Shown here in pieces: positions 22,368 through 32,757 of a stretch of 64,000 nt of DNA (positions within the stretch are counted from its first letter, which is position 1; each line of letters starts with the position of its first letter). The translations under genes and the position numbers were made by a program. Source of the DNA: an uncultured Nitrososphaeraceae archaeon. Lineage in GTDB: Archaea; Thermoproteota; Nitrososphaeria; Nitrososphaerales; Nitrososphaeraceae. The notes beneath the pieces were generated by a model. The model ran no database searches and was not told where the DNA came from. It saw only the letters and a program-made list of their open reading frames with translations. The stretch covers positions 32,001-96,000 of the forward strand of contig CAVXZB010000064.1 in the NCBI GenBank assembly GCA_963765895.1. Direction: 5' to 3'.

Positions 22368-25230
22368 TTATGTATTTCCACCTGCATTAATGGTCTTATT
22401 TAAAAGCAGTTTTGATCTCAAGTAAAATCCAGTTGTGCTAGCATCATTGGACGCTAGTCCCTCAGGAGTTGAGGTAGCTACGACTCTACCTCCGTTATCG
22501 CCACCTTCAGGTCCTAGGTCGATTATCCAATCTGCACTAGCTATCACGTCTAAATTATGTTCAATTATGATAACAGCATTTCCCTTTTCTACTAGTCTAT
22601 TTAGAACAACTAATAACTTTTGAACATCAACAAAATGTAGTCCTGTAGTAGGTTCATCAAGGATATAGACGGTTTTTCCTGTGCCTCTCTTGGATAACTC
22701 TGCAGCAAGCTTAATTCTCTGAGCTTCACCTCCGGATAGCGTAGTAGCCGGCTGGCCAAGCTTCAAATATCCTAACCCGACCTCATTTAGTGTACGCAAT
22801 TTTCGTTCTATCGTATAAATATTATTAAAAAATGCCAGCGCCTCCTCAACTGTCATGTCTAGTATGTCCGAGATTGTTTTGTTTTTGTATTTGATATTTA
22901 ATGTCTCAGAGTTGTATCGCTTTCCTTTGCAAATGTCGCATGTAACATAGACATCTGGTAAGAATTGCATTTCTATCCTCTTTACTCCTGCTCCTTCGCA
23001 TGTCTCACATCTCCCATCAGAAACATTAAATGAAAATCTGCCAGGTTTATATCCCATGGCCCTAGCCTGTGGTGTTTTTGAAAATACTTCTCTAACTGGA
23101 GTAAAAGCATTAACATATGTTGATGGATTTGATCTCAGGTGTACGACCAATTGGTGACTGATCAATTCCTATCACCCTGTCGACGAGCTCAAGACCACTG
23201 ATCCCATCATGATTGATTTTACGATTCTTGTCAGAAAAGTGATTTAATAACGATTTGAATAACACTTCGTTGACAAGACTAGACTTACCAGATCCAGAAA
23301 CGCCCGTTACAACAGTCATGCATCCGAGAGGAAAACCCACTGTGATGGATTTTAAATTATTTTCCCTTGCTCCCTTGACAACGATCCACTTCTCAGTTTT
23401 TCTCCTCATGTGTCTTGGATTGGATACTAGTTTATCCTTTCTCAAGAAGGCACCTGTGATAGAATCTTTATTCCGCATAATATCTTCTACCGTCCCTTCA
23501 GCCACGATTCGACCTCCATGTACACCAGCCCCAGGACCTATGTCCAGTATCCAATCTGCACTTCTCATTACTTCCTCATCGTGTTCTACAACCAATAATG
23601 TATTATCCAAATCCCGTAGTTTCTTTAATGTGTAAATCAATTTTTTATTGTCCCGCTGATGTAACCCAATTGTGGGCTCGTCTAGCACGTATAAGACACC
23701 TGTCAAATTCGATCCTATTTGAGTTGCGAGCCGGATCCTCTGAGACTCACCCCCAGAAAGCGATGATGTTCTCCGATTTAGAGTTAGATATTCAAGCCCT
23801 ACGTTTAAGAGGAATTCTAGTCTGGATGTTATTTCTTTTAGAATGTTTTTGGCGATAAACTTCTCGGTTTCCGATAGGTCAATTGACTTGAAGAATTTGT
23901 AGCACGATTCGATAGAAAGGTCGCATATTTGCATAATCGATCTATTCTGTATCTTCACCGCCCGAGCCTCTTCTCTAAGACGAGTACCATTGCAACTGTC
24001 ACATGGTAGTTCGCGCATAAACTGCAATAGTTCCTCGCGTTTTGATTCTGATTCTGTCTGTCTGTACAAGCGATCCAAATTTGGAATAACTCCCTCAAAT
24101 GATCCTTTATACTCCCACTTGGTATCCGAATATTTCGATTGATATCTGTAGTGGATATTCTCCTGGGTACCATAAAGAATTGTTCTAACCTGTGTTTCAG
24201 TCATACGCGAAATTGGGGTATTCAGGTCAAATCCAAACCTTTTTCCTACGTCTTTGAGCATAGAAGACCTAAATGTAAAAAAATGACCCGACCATGGCCT
24301 GATAGCACCCTGCAGAATACTTTTTGACTTATCGGAGATAATCAAGTCAGGGTCGAATTCTATCCTTATGCCAAGGCCATTGCATTCTGGACAGGCTCCA
24401 AAAGGAGAATTAAAGGAAAATGTACGAGGTTCTAACTCGCTAATACTGATTCCACAATCAGGACAGGCATTTCGTTGAGAATAAAGAGAGTCATTATTTT
24501 CAAGGGAAGCAATAACTAAGCCATTTCCTACTTTCAAACCAGTCTGGACAGATTCAAACACTCTACTTTTCTCTTCTAGTGACGGTGTAACTCTATCGAT
24601 CACGGCGGAAATCGAATGCTTTTTATGCTTATCAAGACGCGGATAAATCGACTTTTCTTCTTCATCGAGATTTATCACTTCACCGTCTAGTCGAACCCTA
24701 GAAAATCCATTTGTTCTTAGATCTTTAAAGAGCTTCTCATATGTACCCTTCTTTTCCTGAACTATAGGAGCTAATATGAGGATTTTTTTTCCTTCGCATT
24801 CTTGAATGATCGACTCTACTATCGCCTCAACTGACTGACTTCCTATCTTCTTTCCGCAATTGGGACAGTACGGGATGCCGATTCTAGAGTAGAGGAGCCT
24901 AAGATAATCATATATTTCTGTAGCAGTCCCTACAGTCGATCTCGGATTCTTGCTACCGCTTCTCTGCTGGATCGATATTGCCGGAGACAATCCGTCGATG
25001 TGATCTACATCGGGCTTCTCCATTAGCTCCAGAAATTGTCTTGCATAAGCTGAAAGTGATTCCACGTATCTCCTTTGGCCTTCGGCGTAGATAGTATCAA
25101 ATGCAAGAGTAGATTTCCCAGAACCAGACAATCCAGATATTACGACGAGTCGATTTTTCGGGATCTCAACATTAACATTTTTTAGATTATGCTGTCTTGC
25201 ACCTCTAATAACGATCTTATCGTGCAACAA
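22368..25230 (-). CDS. uvrA: Excinuclease ABC subunit A, frameshift near 23135
   Basis: Two ABC cassettes ([21 protein letters not shown]) and zinc fingers. Confidence 0.97.
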
Positions 25231-27213
25231 CTATGACACCTCAGGCAACGAATACTGCCCTAGAATGTTTCGTATCTTTGATAACTTCTCTCTGGTTTCT
25301 ATGGCCATTTCAAAATCTAAATCTTCAGCAAATTTTTTCATACGTCCTTCTGTGTCTGATGCAAGTTTTATCAAATCGGTTCTAGACATTGATTTCAGAC
25401 TAGCCATAAAATTGACCTCTCCGTTCCCATTTTCAGCAACAGGTTTAATTACAGATTTTGGGCTAATATTATTTGCCAGATTATATTGAATCTGCTTACT
25501 CCTTCTCCGATTTGATTCGGCAACGGCTGAGCTCATTGACTTGGTAACATGATTTGCATACAAAATTACTGTCCCATCAATGTTTCTTGCAGCCCGTCCG
25601 AAAGTCTGAATTAGGCTAGTAAAGTTCCGAAGAAATCCTTCTTTGTCGGCATCCATAATTGCCACCATGGAGACTTCCGGAATATCTAACCCTTCTCTCA
25701 ATAAGTTTATCCCTACCAAGACATCAAATTTACCCAAGCGTAATTGTCGTATCAGCTCTGTTCTCTCTAAATTTTGTATCTCGGAATGAAGATATCGTAC
25801 GCGTATATCATTTTTCGATAGATAGTCAGCCAGATCCTCAGCCATTCTCTTCGTTAGAGTAGTAACAAGAATTCGCTGCCTTTTTACAGTTCTAGACTTT
25901 ATTTCGCTAATAAGATCATCTATTTGATCAGTAGCGGGTTTAAGAATAATCTGTGGATCAACTAGTCCAGTCGGTCGAACCACTTGTTCTATGACTTGAT
26001 AGCTCTTTGCCGTCTCATAGTTTCCTGGCGTTGCTGATACAAATATAACATTTTTCTGATATTTTTCAAATTCTTCGAATTTTAGAGGCCTATTATCAAA
26101 AGCGCTGGGCAACCTAAAACCATAATCAATCAGGTTTTTCTTGCGAGTATAGTCCCCATTATACATACCGTGTATCTGAGGGATGGTTACATGTGACTCG
26201 TCGATTATAAGAAGGAAATCCTCACCAAAAAAATCAAGTAAACAGTAAGGTGGACAGCCTGGTAACCTACCATCAAAGTGTCTAGAGTAGTTCTCTATAC
26301 CTGAGCAATAACCCAACTCTTGTATCATTTCTAGGTCATAGCCGACTCGAGACCTTATCCTCTGCTTTTCCAGTTCAGTTGGCAGTTCAGGAACCCATTT
26401 TTCAAGTTCACGCTTAATAGATTCTACTGCGACTTTACGAGATGGATCATCGATAATATAGTGCTTTGCTGGGAATACCTTGATTGTATCTAATTCTTTG
26501 ATTCGGTTCAAAGTTAGCGGATCATAGATCGAAATCCTTTCTATTTCGTCGTCAAAGAGTGAAATTCGGATCATATCTTTAGTATATCCTGGAAATATGT
26601 CAATAGTATCTCCGCGCGACCTGAAGGCACCTTGTGCTGGGGCGATATCATTTCGTTCATACCGAGCACTAATCAGTTGCTGAATGATCTTTGATCGTGT
26701 CATATTAGTACCAACTTCCAATCGCAACGCAGATGCATCCCATTCAGCAGGAGAGCCAAGCGAATAAATGCAAGAGACTGTAGCGACGATAATGGTAGGC
26801 TCCCCAGACATTATCATTGCGGTGGCCTCTAGTCTCATTTTTTCTATTCTTTCATTTATTTCGGTCTCTTTTTCAATATAGGTATCACTTTGGGGTATAT
26901 AGCTTTCAGGCTGATAGTAATCGTAAAAGCTAACAAAGTAGCCAACGTTGTCATGAGGGAAAAATTCCTTAAACTCCGTATATAGCTGAGCAGCTAACGT
27001 CTTGTTGTGAGAAATGACGAGGGCATTCTGGTTAGACCGAGCAATTACGTTGGCAACAGTAAAAGTCTTGCCACTACCTGTAACACCAAGTAAAGTTTGA
27101 CAGCCGCGCCTTTCTAATACACCCCTAGCTAGGGTATTAATAGCATTTGGCTGATCACCACTTGGTGGGTAAGCATTTTTGGATAATGTGAACTTCTGAC
27201 CTCTCAACAGCAC
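25231..27213 (-). CDS. uvrB: Excinuclease ABC subunit B
   Basis: GVTGSGKT, YDYYQPE, IDESH, GINLLREGLD, GRAARN. Confidence 0.97.
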   Translation of the reverse strand: MLLRGQKFTLSKNAYPPSGDQPNAINTLARGVLERRGCQTLLGVTGSGKTFTVANVIARSNQNALVISHNKTLAAQLYTEFKEFFPHDNVGYFVSFYDYYQPESYIPQSDTYIEKETEINERIEKMRLEATAMIMSGEPTIIVATVSCIYSLGSPAEWDASALRLEVGTNMTRSKIIQQLISARYERNDIAPAQGAFRSRGDTIDIFPGYTKDMIRISLFDDEIERISIYDPLTLNRIKELDTIKVFPAKHYIIDDPSRKVAVESIKRELEKWVPELPTELEKQRIRSRVGYDLEMIQELGYCSGIENYSRHFDGRLPGCPPYCLLDFFGEDFLLIIDESHVTIPQIHGMYNGDYTRKKNLIDYGFRLPSAFDNRPLKFEEFEKYQKNVIFVSATPGNYETAKSYQVIEQVVRPTGLVDPQIILKPATDQIDDLISEIKSRTVKRQRILVTTLTKRMAEDLADYLSKNDIRVRYLHSEIQNLERTELIRQLRLGKFDVLVGINLLREGLDIPEVSMVAIMDADKEGFLRNFTSLIQTFGRAARNIDGTVILYANHVTKSMSSAVAESNRRRSKQIQYNLANNISPKSVIKPVAENGNGEVNFMASLKSMSRTDLIKLASDTEGRMKKFAEDLDFEMAIETREKLSKIRNILGQYSLPEVS

Positions 27214-27788
27214 GAGATGCTATATCAAAACGGGAATATATTGCTATATCCTGGTTATAATATATAGTTAAATTCATAACTAAGATATTATGATATTATA
27301 AACACTAAGGATTAGACTTGGTTGCTGGCTGGAATTTGCTATCATTTGTCGAATTGCCAATTGAAAAGATTTATACTCCGTTATCGGTAGGCCTATGAAA
27401 ATTTAACTTATAGTAGGAGGAATACTTTTGTTCAACCAATCCCTTTAATGATGAATTGATGGAGTTATGTAAACTGCTATTTGCATTCCAAATGATCCAT
27501 CATAACGATGTAATGCAGAAAATTAAGGAAATCTATTCAGCAATGACCGAATTTTGTATCTTATCATACCAAAATCAAATAGGCGCGCCCAATTCAAAAT
27601 CTAAACTAGTAATAGCACATTCAGTATCCAAAGAGAGAGATAAAGATGCACCAGGTATGTATATTTAGCAACTTTTAATGTTAGTATTATTACTCATTTC
27701 ACATCTAGACTCTTCATCACTAAATATCTCCCAAAAAAACTTTGGTATGTCTCTAGTTCTGTAAGATCTTCTACCTGAGAAATTAAAT

Positions 27789-27825
27789 AACTATGAAGGC
27801 ACTGTTTAAACTATGAAGGCACTGT
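27789..27825. repeat. 17-bp direct repeat AACTATGAAGGCACTGT, two copies with a 20-bp period
   Basis: Copies at 27789-27805 and 27809-27825. Confidence 0.9.
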
Positions 27826-27847
27826 ATAGAGTGAGAGGGCGCTAACA

Positions 27848-28771
27848 TTATGAAATTGACTTAATATGGTATGCCGGATGCAACTCTGCATGTCCTCCTT
27901 CTCGTACATCAATTACATAAATGCCTGTTACTTCTACATGCTGCCCAACTGTTGGCAATACACCCTTGAGGTCAGGACCATTATATTTAGGATCTTTGCA
28001 TTGATTTTTCTTAACTGGATCGGTCGATGTATTCTTACCTTGGCAAACTACTTCCACATGCAGCGCACCCTTTAATTTCTGACTATTCATGTTTACGGGT
28101 GTCAGAAGCGAGGCGTATTTACTATCAGGTTTTACATTAAAGTTTGCGTCGCCATCTGTATTAATATAATGAGTCCATGTTACTTTTCCAGTCACTGTAA
28201 TGCAATTTCCAACAATAAACCGTGTTGTATTAAGATCCTTCATGAAAGGATTTGGTACAAATTTTTCAAGGCTACCGGAAGGAGTACATTGATCACTTTT
28301 AAAAGGAGAGCTGTCCGGAACAACCAAATTTGCCTTAAGTGATTGAACTTGTGAAGGATTTAGAGCTTGTTCTTCCTCTTCCTCTATATCAATTTCCTGA
28401 CCTTCTCCACTCTGAATTCCAGGTATATTATTTTGAACACGGTTCTCTGATTCAGAGATGTTTGTCGACTGGGATGAAGATTTGTTAATAGTATTACTAT
28501 TGAACTTTGGTAACGATGGTATATCAGGCCTTAATGTAGACCCTATAGTAGGACTTGCAGAAGGTTCAGATTGTCCAGTCTGTTTTGTAATAATTGGGTA
28601 AATTATACTACTATTATTTTTTGTATTCGCATCACTATTACTAGTAGGACTATCAATCCGACCATAACTCGGATTAGTCTTATTATACGAGAAACCAATA
28701 ATTAAGAACACAATTACAAATACAAGAACAGCTGTCTTAATTACAGGAGAAACACGAGCTCTTTTTTTCAT
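27848..28771 (-). CDS. Membrane-anchored hypothetical protein with an S/T/N-rich linker and an OB-fold-like C-terminal domain
   Basis: N-terminal transmembrane helix; CITVTG, DGD, VEVVCQ, VTG and AELHP motifs. Confidence 0.7.
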   Translation of the reverse strand: MKKRARVSPVIKTAVLVFVIVFLIIGFSYNKTNPSYGRIDSPTSNSDANTKNNSSIIYPIITKQTGQSEPSASPTIGSTLRPDIPSLPKFNSNTINKSSSQSTNISESENRVQNNIPGIQSGEGQEIDIEEEEEQALNPSQVQSLKANLVVPDSSPFKSDQCTPSGSLEKFVPNPFMKDLNTTRFIVGNCITVTGKVTWTHYINTDGDANFNVKPDSKYASLLTPVNMNSQKLKGALHVEVVCQGKNTSTDPVKKNQCKDPKYNGPDLKGVLPTVGQHVEVTGIYVIDVREGGHAELHPAYHIKSIS

Positions 28772-29467
28772 TATCCTAAATTAGGACTATTATTATATAT
28801 ACATTAACTCTATAGTCGATTTTTTCGTCCCTGTTGTACTCTCAAACAGAGAATGAATATTATGCGCTCATTTTTAATCTGAAATCCTGTGGATGCTACA
28901 TGTTGCAATTGTATAGGGAAATCTCTTTTCAATTATTTACTAAAGGCAAATACCTAAATATTTATTGTCCCGCTCAATCTTCGTCAATCCTATTCTCATG
29001 CCTTATAAATCGAGCTAAATGAGTTATTTAAAAGAAACCTGAAGGGCGATGTTGGGAGACGGAGCGCCTGCTCATATTCCAGTTACCAAACAAACTAGCT
29101 ATGCATATAGAAGACATAATTAATCTGAGCTCAATAAACGCTAAAACTATCAGTACTTGTGGATTCATTAGCTCAGAAACAATCTGGCGACAGTACAAAT
29201 TATGATATCTTTAGATAGTAGCAATTGATGGATGTGATCCAATGTATTTAATTCAGTTTATAGCCGGTAAGTCTTAACACATCGGACAGTATCGGGTTCT
29301 TGAAATGCCCAGTATAATTATATCGGAAAATCCCTACTAATACAGATTGCAGCATTCCACATTATAAATATGCTCTTAAAACGACATCAGATTATCGAGT
29401 GACCTAGTTCGGTGTTTCATACTTGTTATTCTTTTAAATTCTTGTTAAAAAAGTCCTTCAACGCTTT

Positions 29468-29743
29468 TCATTTTGCTGCCTGCTCCCATGATTTTGAAAA
29501 GACATCAAGCCACTTCTGATTTATTCTCTGCATATTCTCAAATTGCTGTTCATATGATTTGTTCATTTTCTCGTAACTTCTAATGGACTGATTATAAAGA
29601 TCATTTACCCTCTCAATGCTCTTAATAGATTCATTATACAAGTAGTTTATCCGTTCTAGGTTTGTAATATAGTCTCTCTGTAGTTGGTTTACCTTCTCAA
29701 GGCTTTTGATAAATTCATTATACATTTCAAACCATGTCATCAT
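29468..29743 (-). CDS. Small coiled-coil hypothetical protein
   Basis: Repeating (Y)NESIKSIERVN-like 14-aa helical units. Confidence 0.65.
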   Translation of the reverse strand: MMTWFEMYNEFIKSLEKVNQLQRDYITNLERINYLYNESIKSIERVNDLYNQSIRSYEKMNKSYEQQFENMQRINQKWLDVFSKSWEQAAK

Positions 29744-29849
29744 TTGAGAATAATATCGATGGTTATACTTATCAATTAGGATACCTTAACCCGATACCTG
29801 GTTTTAGCAAGTATGAAATACAAGATTTAGAGAATATCGATTGCAGGGA

Positions 29850-30240
29850 TTATGCTGAGACTGGACCCCTACGCTCATCTGATCCTCCTGTGCCTATTGG
29901 GGCGCCGATATGATCAACCGAAATTTCAATTACAAAATCAAACTCATTTAATTCTTTTAGAATGTCACATGTTAATCTCATGTTAGTCTCATAGTGAGTA
30001 CCGATACCATATATTGCAGGAACCGGCCCGCACGTTTTCCAGATATGATCCTTACACCATTGGGAATGAGTGCCACTCTTAGTAAATACCTCAACAATGT
30101 AAATAGGCGCATGCTCAGTCTTCTTCGCGTACTAAAAGATCGTGAGTGAGCATGGAATCTACCTTTGGAAGGTATGTTTGATATGATGTCTCTAATACTC
30201 AGAATACATTTCTTAATTCTTGCAGTTCTGTCGTTATCAT
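29850..30240 (-). pseudogene. Decayed copy of a conserved thaumarchaeal hypothetical protein family
   Basis: Stitching frames gives MITTELQELRNVF*VLETSYQTYLPKVDSMLTHDLLVRE/KTEHAPIYIVEVFTKSGTHSQWCKDHIWKTCGPVPAIYGIGTHYETNMRLTCDILKEL/DFVIEIS...; one in-frame TGA and two shifts; family recalled from memory. Confidence 0.6.
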
Positions 30241-30391
30241 CGAGAATTTTTTGTTTATTCTTTTTGTTTACAATCAGTATCGCCGCTGGACCTCGCAAGG
30301 AAGGATAGAGCATTAGAGTCCTAGCAACGACGATACATGACTTTGTAAGGGATAATCTATAATGCACAATATTTTATATAAAAATTAAAAA

Positions 30392-30455
30392 TCGCTGTTG
30401 GGACTGCTAGACAACCCCTGAGCCAAGATTGTTTGTTAATCAGTCCCAACAGCGA
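30392..30455. repeat. 15-bp perfect inverted repeat (hairpin)
   Basis: TCGCTGTTGGGACTG (30392-30406) pairs with CAGTCCCAACAGCGA (30441-30455). Confidence 0.9.
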
Positions 30456-30534
30456 CTGACCTGCTAGTGCTATACAATATTCTATTTAACCAATGCACAA
30501 GCTGTCGTCTGCTCTACCAAATTGTTCTACACTA

Positions 30535-30550
30535 TAAAAGAAAAAGAAAA
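30535..30550 (-). terminator. Oligo-T archaeal terminator-like tract
   Basis: Minus strand TTTTCTTTTTCTTTT about 15 nt after the micropeptide stop. Confidence 0.5.
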
Positions 30551-30564
30551 GATGGTCTTTTAAC

Positions 30565-30744
30565 CTATCCGCCACAAACGCCACAATCGCCACCGGCGCC
30601 ATGATGTCCGTTATTATGATGATGATGATGGCGATGATGGTCGGACTTGAAGTGTGCTAACGCAGTGTTTGATCCGATGGTTGATATTATCATTCATACT
30701 GGAACGGTTACGATAACCATTGCAAGAATTACTGATTTATTCAT
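30565..30744 (-). CDS. Secreted His-rich CxxC micropeptide with in-frame TGA at codon 17 (not in the ORF track)
   Basis: MNKSVILAMVIVTVPV*MIISTIGSNTALA-HFKSDHHRHHHHHNNGHHGAGGDCGVCGG; followed by a T-rich tract. Confidence 0.65.
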
Positions 30745-30940
30745 CTTCAATAAACAATATACCTAAACATACAAAGTTCATCAAGGCTAATTGCCAGTAA
30801 ATTCCAAAAATGAGCAAATTTTCTGAAATGACAATCTACTAAATTGTTCTAGACTCGATTCAGACCTTAAACACACATTCTTTCACGTCCATTATACGAA
30901 CCCCCATTCAGAAATTTAAATAACCTCTGGCAGGCTTATA

Positions 30941-31687
30941 ATGGCTATGAAACATTCCGTCGCTTCGATGACAGATGCGGATTTCGTGTCTGTGTTGGAA
31001 AAGGAGGGTAAAATGAGAATCGATGATTTCATAAAGGGAGCAATGGAGTTAGCTGAGGATGTCCACTCAGATAGTTTTAGAGAAGATGGTTCATCCTCAT
31101 TTTTAGAAACACATACCTGGCCTGTGGCGGTAGATGTCATGAGACATTACAAATCACTTAAACGACCAATTACAAGTGTTGAGATAGCGTCTGCTATACT
31201 GCATGACATTTCTGAGGACAACGTCAGAATTATTGATCTGTACAAGACCAAAGACTATGGGTTTGAAGCATATCTAAAATATCGGTTCGGCAGTAGGGTG
31301 TACTATATTGCCACGAGCTTGAAACTAAAAGATCTTGCCGGATATGATGGGAAAAATGATGAAGAGCGAAAGTTATCTCGATTCCATGAATACTGTGATT
31401 TCCTTGTCGCCGCTGATTATGATATTAAAGTGATCAAGTTGGCAGACAGACTTAACAATATGGAATTTATTTTAGACATCGCAAAACAAAATAAAAAAAT
31501 GGTTTACGATAAAATAAAGAGATACTTGAGGGAATCAGAGGACTTTTACTTGTGCTTTACAATTTTACACCCAAAAACTCCAGATTTTTATAACAAATTG
31601 CGATCGTGCTATGAACAACTCAGATCTACATATTACGAATATACTCTAACTATGCCTCAAACGAATGAAGGTGCCGATAGGACCTGA
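30941..31687 (+). CDS. HD-domain protein, RelA/SpoT hydrolase (Mesh1/SAH)-like
   Basis: H..PVA, SAILHDISED, RFGSRV, VIKLADRLNNM. Confidence 0.8.
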   Translation: MAMKHSVASMTDADFVSVLEKEGKMRIDDFIKGAMELAEDVHSDSFREDGSSSFLETHTWPVAVDVMRHYKSLKRPITSVEIASAILHDISEDNVRIIDLYKTKDYGFEAYLKYRFGSRVYYIATSLKLKDLAGYDGKNDEERKLSRFHEYCDFLVAADYDIKVIKLADRLNNMEFILDIAKQNKKMVYDKIKRYLRESEDFYLCFTILHPKTPDFYNKLRSCYEQLRSTYYEYTLTMPQTNEGADRT

Positions 31688-31869
31688 TGTGTTGCGCAGA
31701 TCCTGAATATCAGGCAAGGATAATCCGCAATCCTGCTACATGGCACAATACTCATTTCCTTGCTGCTTAGGCAAATAGAATGTTCTATCATCTAGTCACT
31801 TAAATTTTTGCTAGAAAATTTTATTTCATAACCAATTTAAAAGGCATTACTTAGACATATTCTTGTAAA

Positions 31870-32757
31870 TTGAAATCCCCTAGACTAAAAGTATCAGTTA
31901 TAATCAAATTAGAGCCAGATTTTTCAGAGGGAAATGTTAGTTATAATTCAGATGGAACTTTGAATAGGGCCGAGACAAAAAGCATTTTAGGCCCACACAG
32001 CACCGTTGCCTCGATGGCAGCCCTAAATGCAAAAGTATTGTACGATGCTGATGTGTCGGTCGGAACAATGGGCCCACCAATTGCCGAACAAGCTCTTCAG
32101 CAGTCCCAGCTACTTTGTGACGCTGATGAACTTCACCTTTATAGTGACAGAATATTTGCAGGAGCCGACACACTAGCAACTGCTGAAGTATTGCGAGCGG
32201 GTATAGATAAGATGCACAATGGTGAAAAATCTGATATAGTCTTTTCAGGTCATCGAGCATCGGATGGTGAGACGGGCCAAACGGGTCCGCAAACAGCGTG
32301 GAAATTAGGATATCCCTTTTTTGGAAACGTCATAGATTTTAGTGTGGATGTTGAAAATCGACTTGCCAGAGTAACACGATTGGTCCCTATTCAAGGACTT
32401 TATGATGTAATTGAGGAAATCGAGGCGCCTTTACCTATCTTTATCACTATACATCCCTCGTACAAACCTACATTTACTACAGTCTCCCAAAGACTATCGT
32501 TTTTTAAGTGTCAAAAAGAAGCCAGAGACCGCGCCTCTCTCTATAAGAACCACCTAAAGACATTTACGGCGCAGACGTTAGGTGTCGATCCCAAATTGGT
32601 AGGATTGCCTGGTTCGCCGACAATTGTCTATAGAGTAGAAAAAATACCTAGAGCCAAGACCAGTCGGATGGCAGAAATCATAGAAGGGTCGAATCAAGAC
32701 CAAATCCGAGCTGTAGCAAAGAAAATCACCGATATGATAAAGGTGAAGGAAATATGA
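31870..32757 (+). CDS. fixA: Electron transfer flavoprotein beta subunit (FixA)
   Basis: TMGPP, SDRIFAGADTLATA, DGETGQTGP, VGLPGSPT. Confidence 0.9.
   Translation: MKSPRLKVSVIIKLEPDFSEGNVSYNSDGTLNRAETKSILGPHSTVASMAALNAKVLYDADVSVGTMGPPIAEQALQQSQLLCDADELHLYSDRIFAGADTLATAEVLRAGIDKMHNGEKSDIVFSGHRASDGETGQTGPQTAWKLGYPFFGNVIDFSVDVENRLARVTRLVPIQGLYDVIEEIEAPLPIFITIHPSYKPTFTTVSQRLSFFKCQKEARDRASLYKNHLKTFTAQTLGVDPKLVGLPGSPTIVYRVEKIPRAKTSRMAEIIEGSNQDQIRAVAKKITDMIKVKEI

Noticed and set aside
20706-27213. Bacterial uvrABC as a recent transfer
   Set aside because: Known in mesophilic archaea including thaumarchaeotes, and composition looks like the surrounding DNA
27456-27668. 70-aa ORF, and the 62-aa ORF at 28834-29022
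   Set aside because: TTG starts, no motifs and AT-rich context; cannot be supported as genes
27789-27825. CRISPR array
   Set aside because: Only two 17-bp copies separated by 3 bp, with no spacers and no cas genes
29978-30367. 129-aa ORF as a real gene
   Set aside because: Off-frame reading of the pseudogene at 29850-30240
30694-30696. TGA recoded as selenocysteine or Trp in the micropeptide
   Set aside because: It lies in a hydrophobic leader rather than at a Cys position, TGA ends many normal genes here, and no Sec machinery is visible in the window
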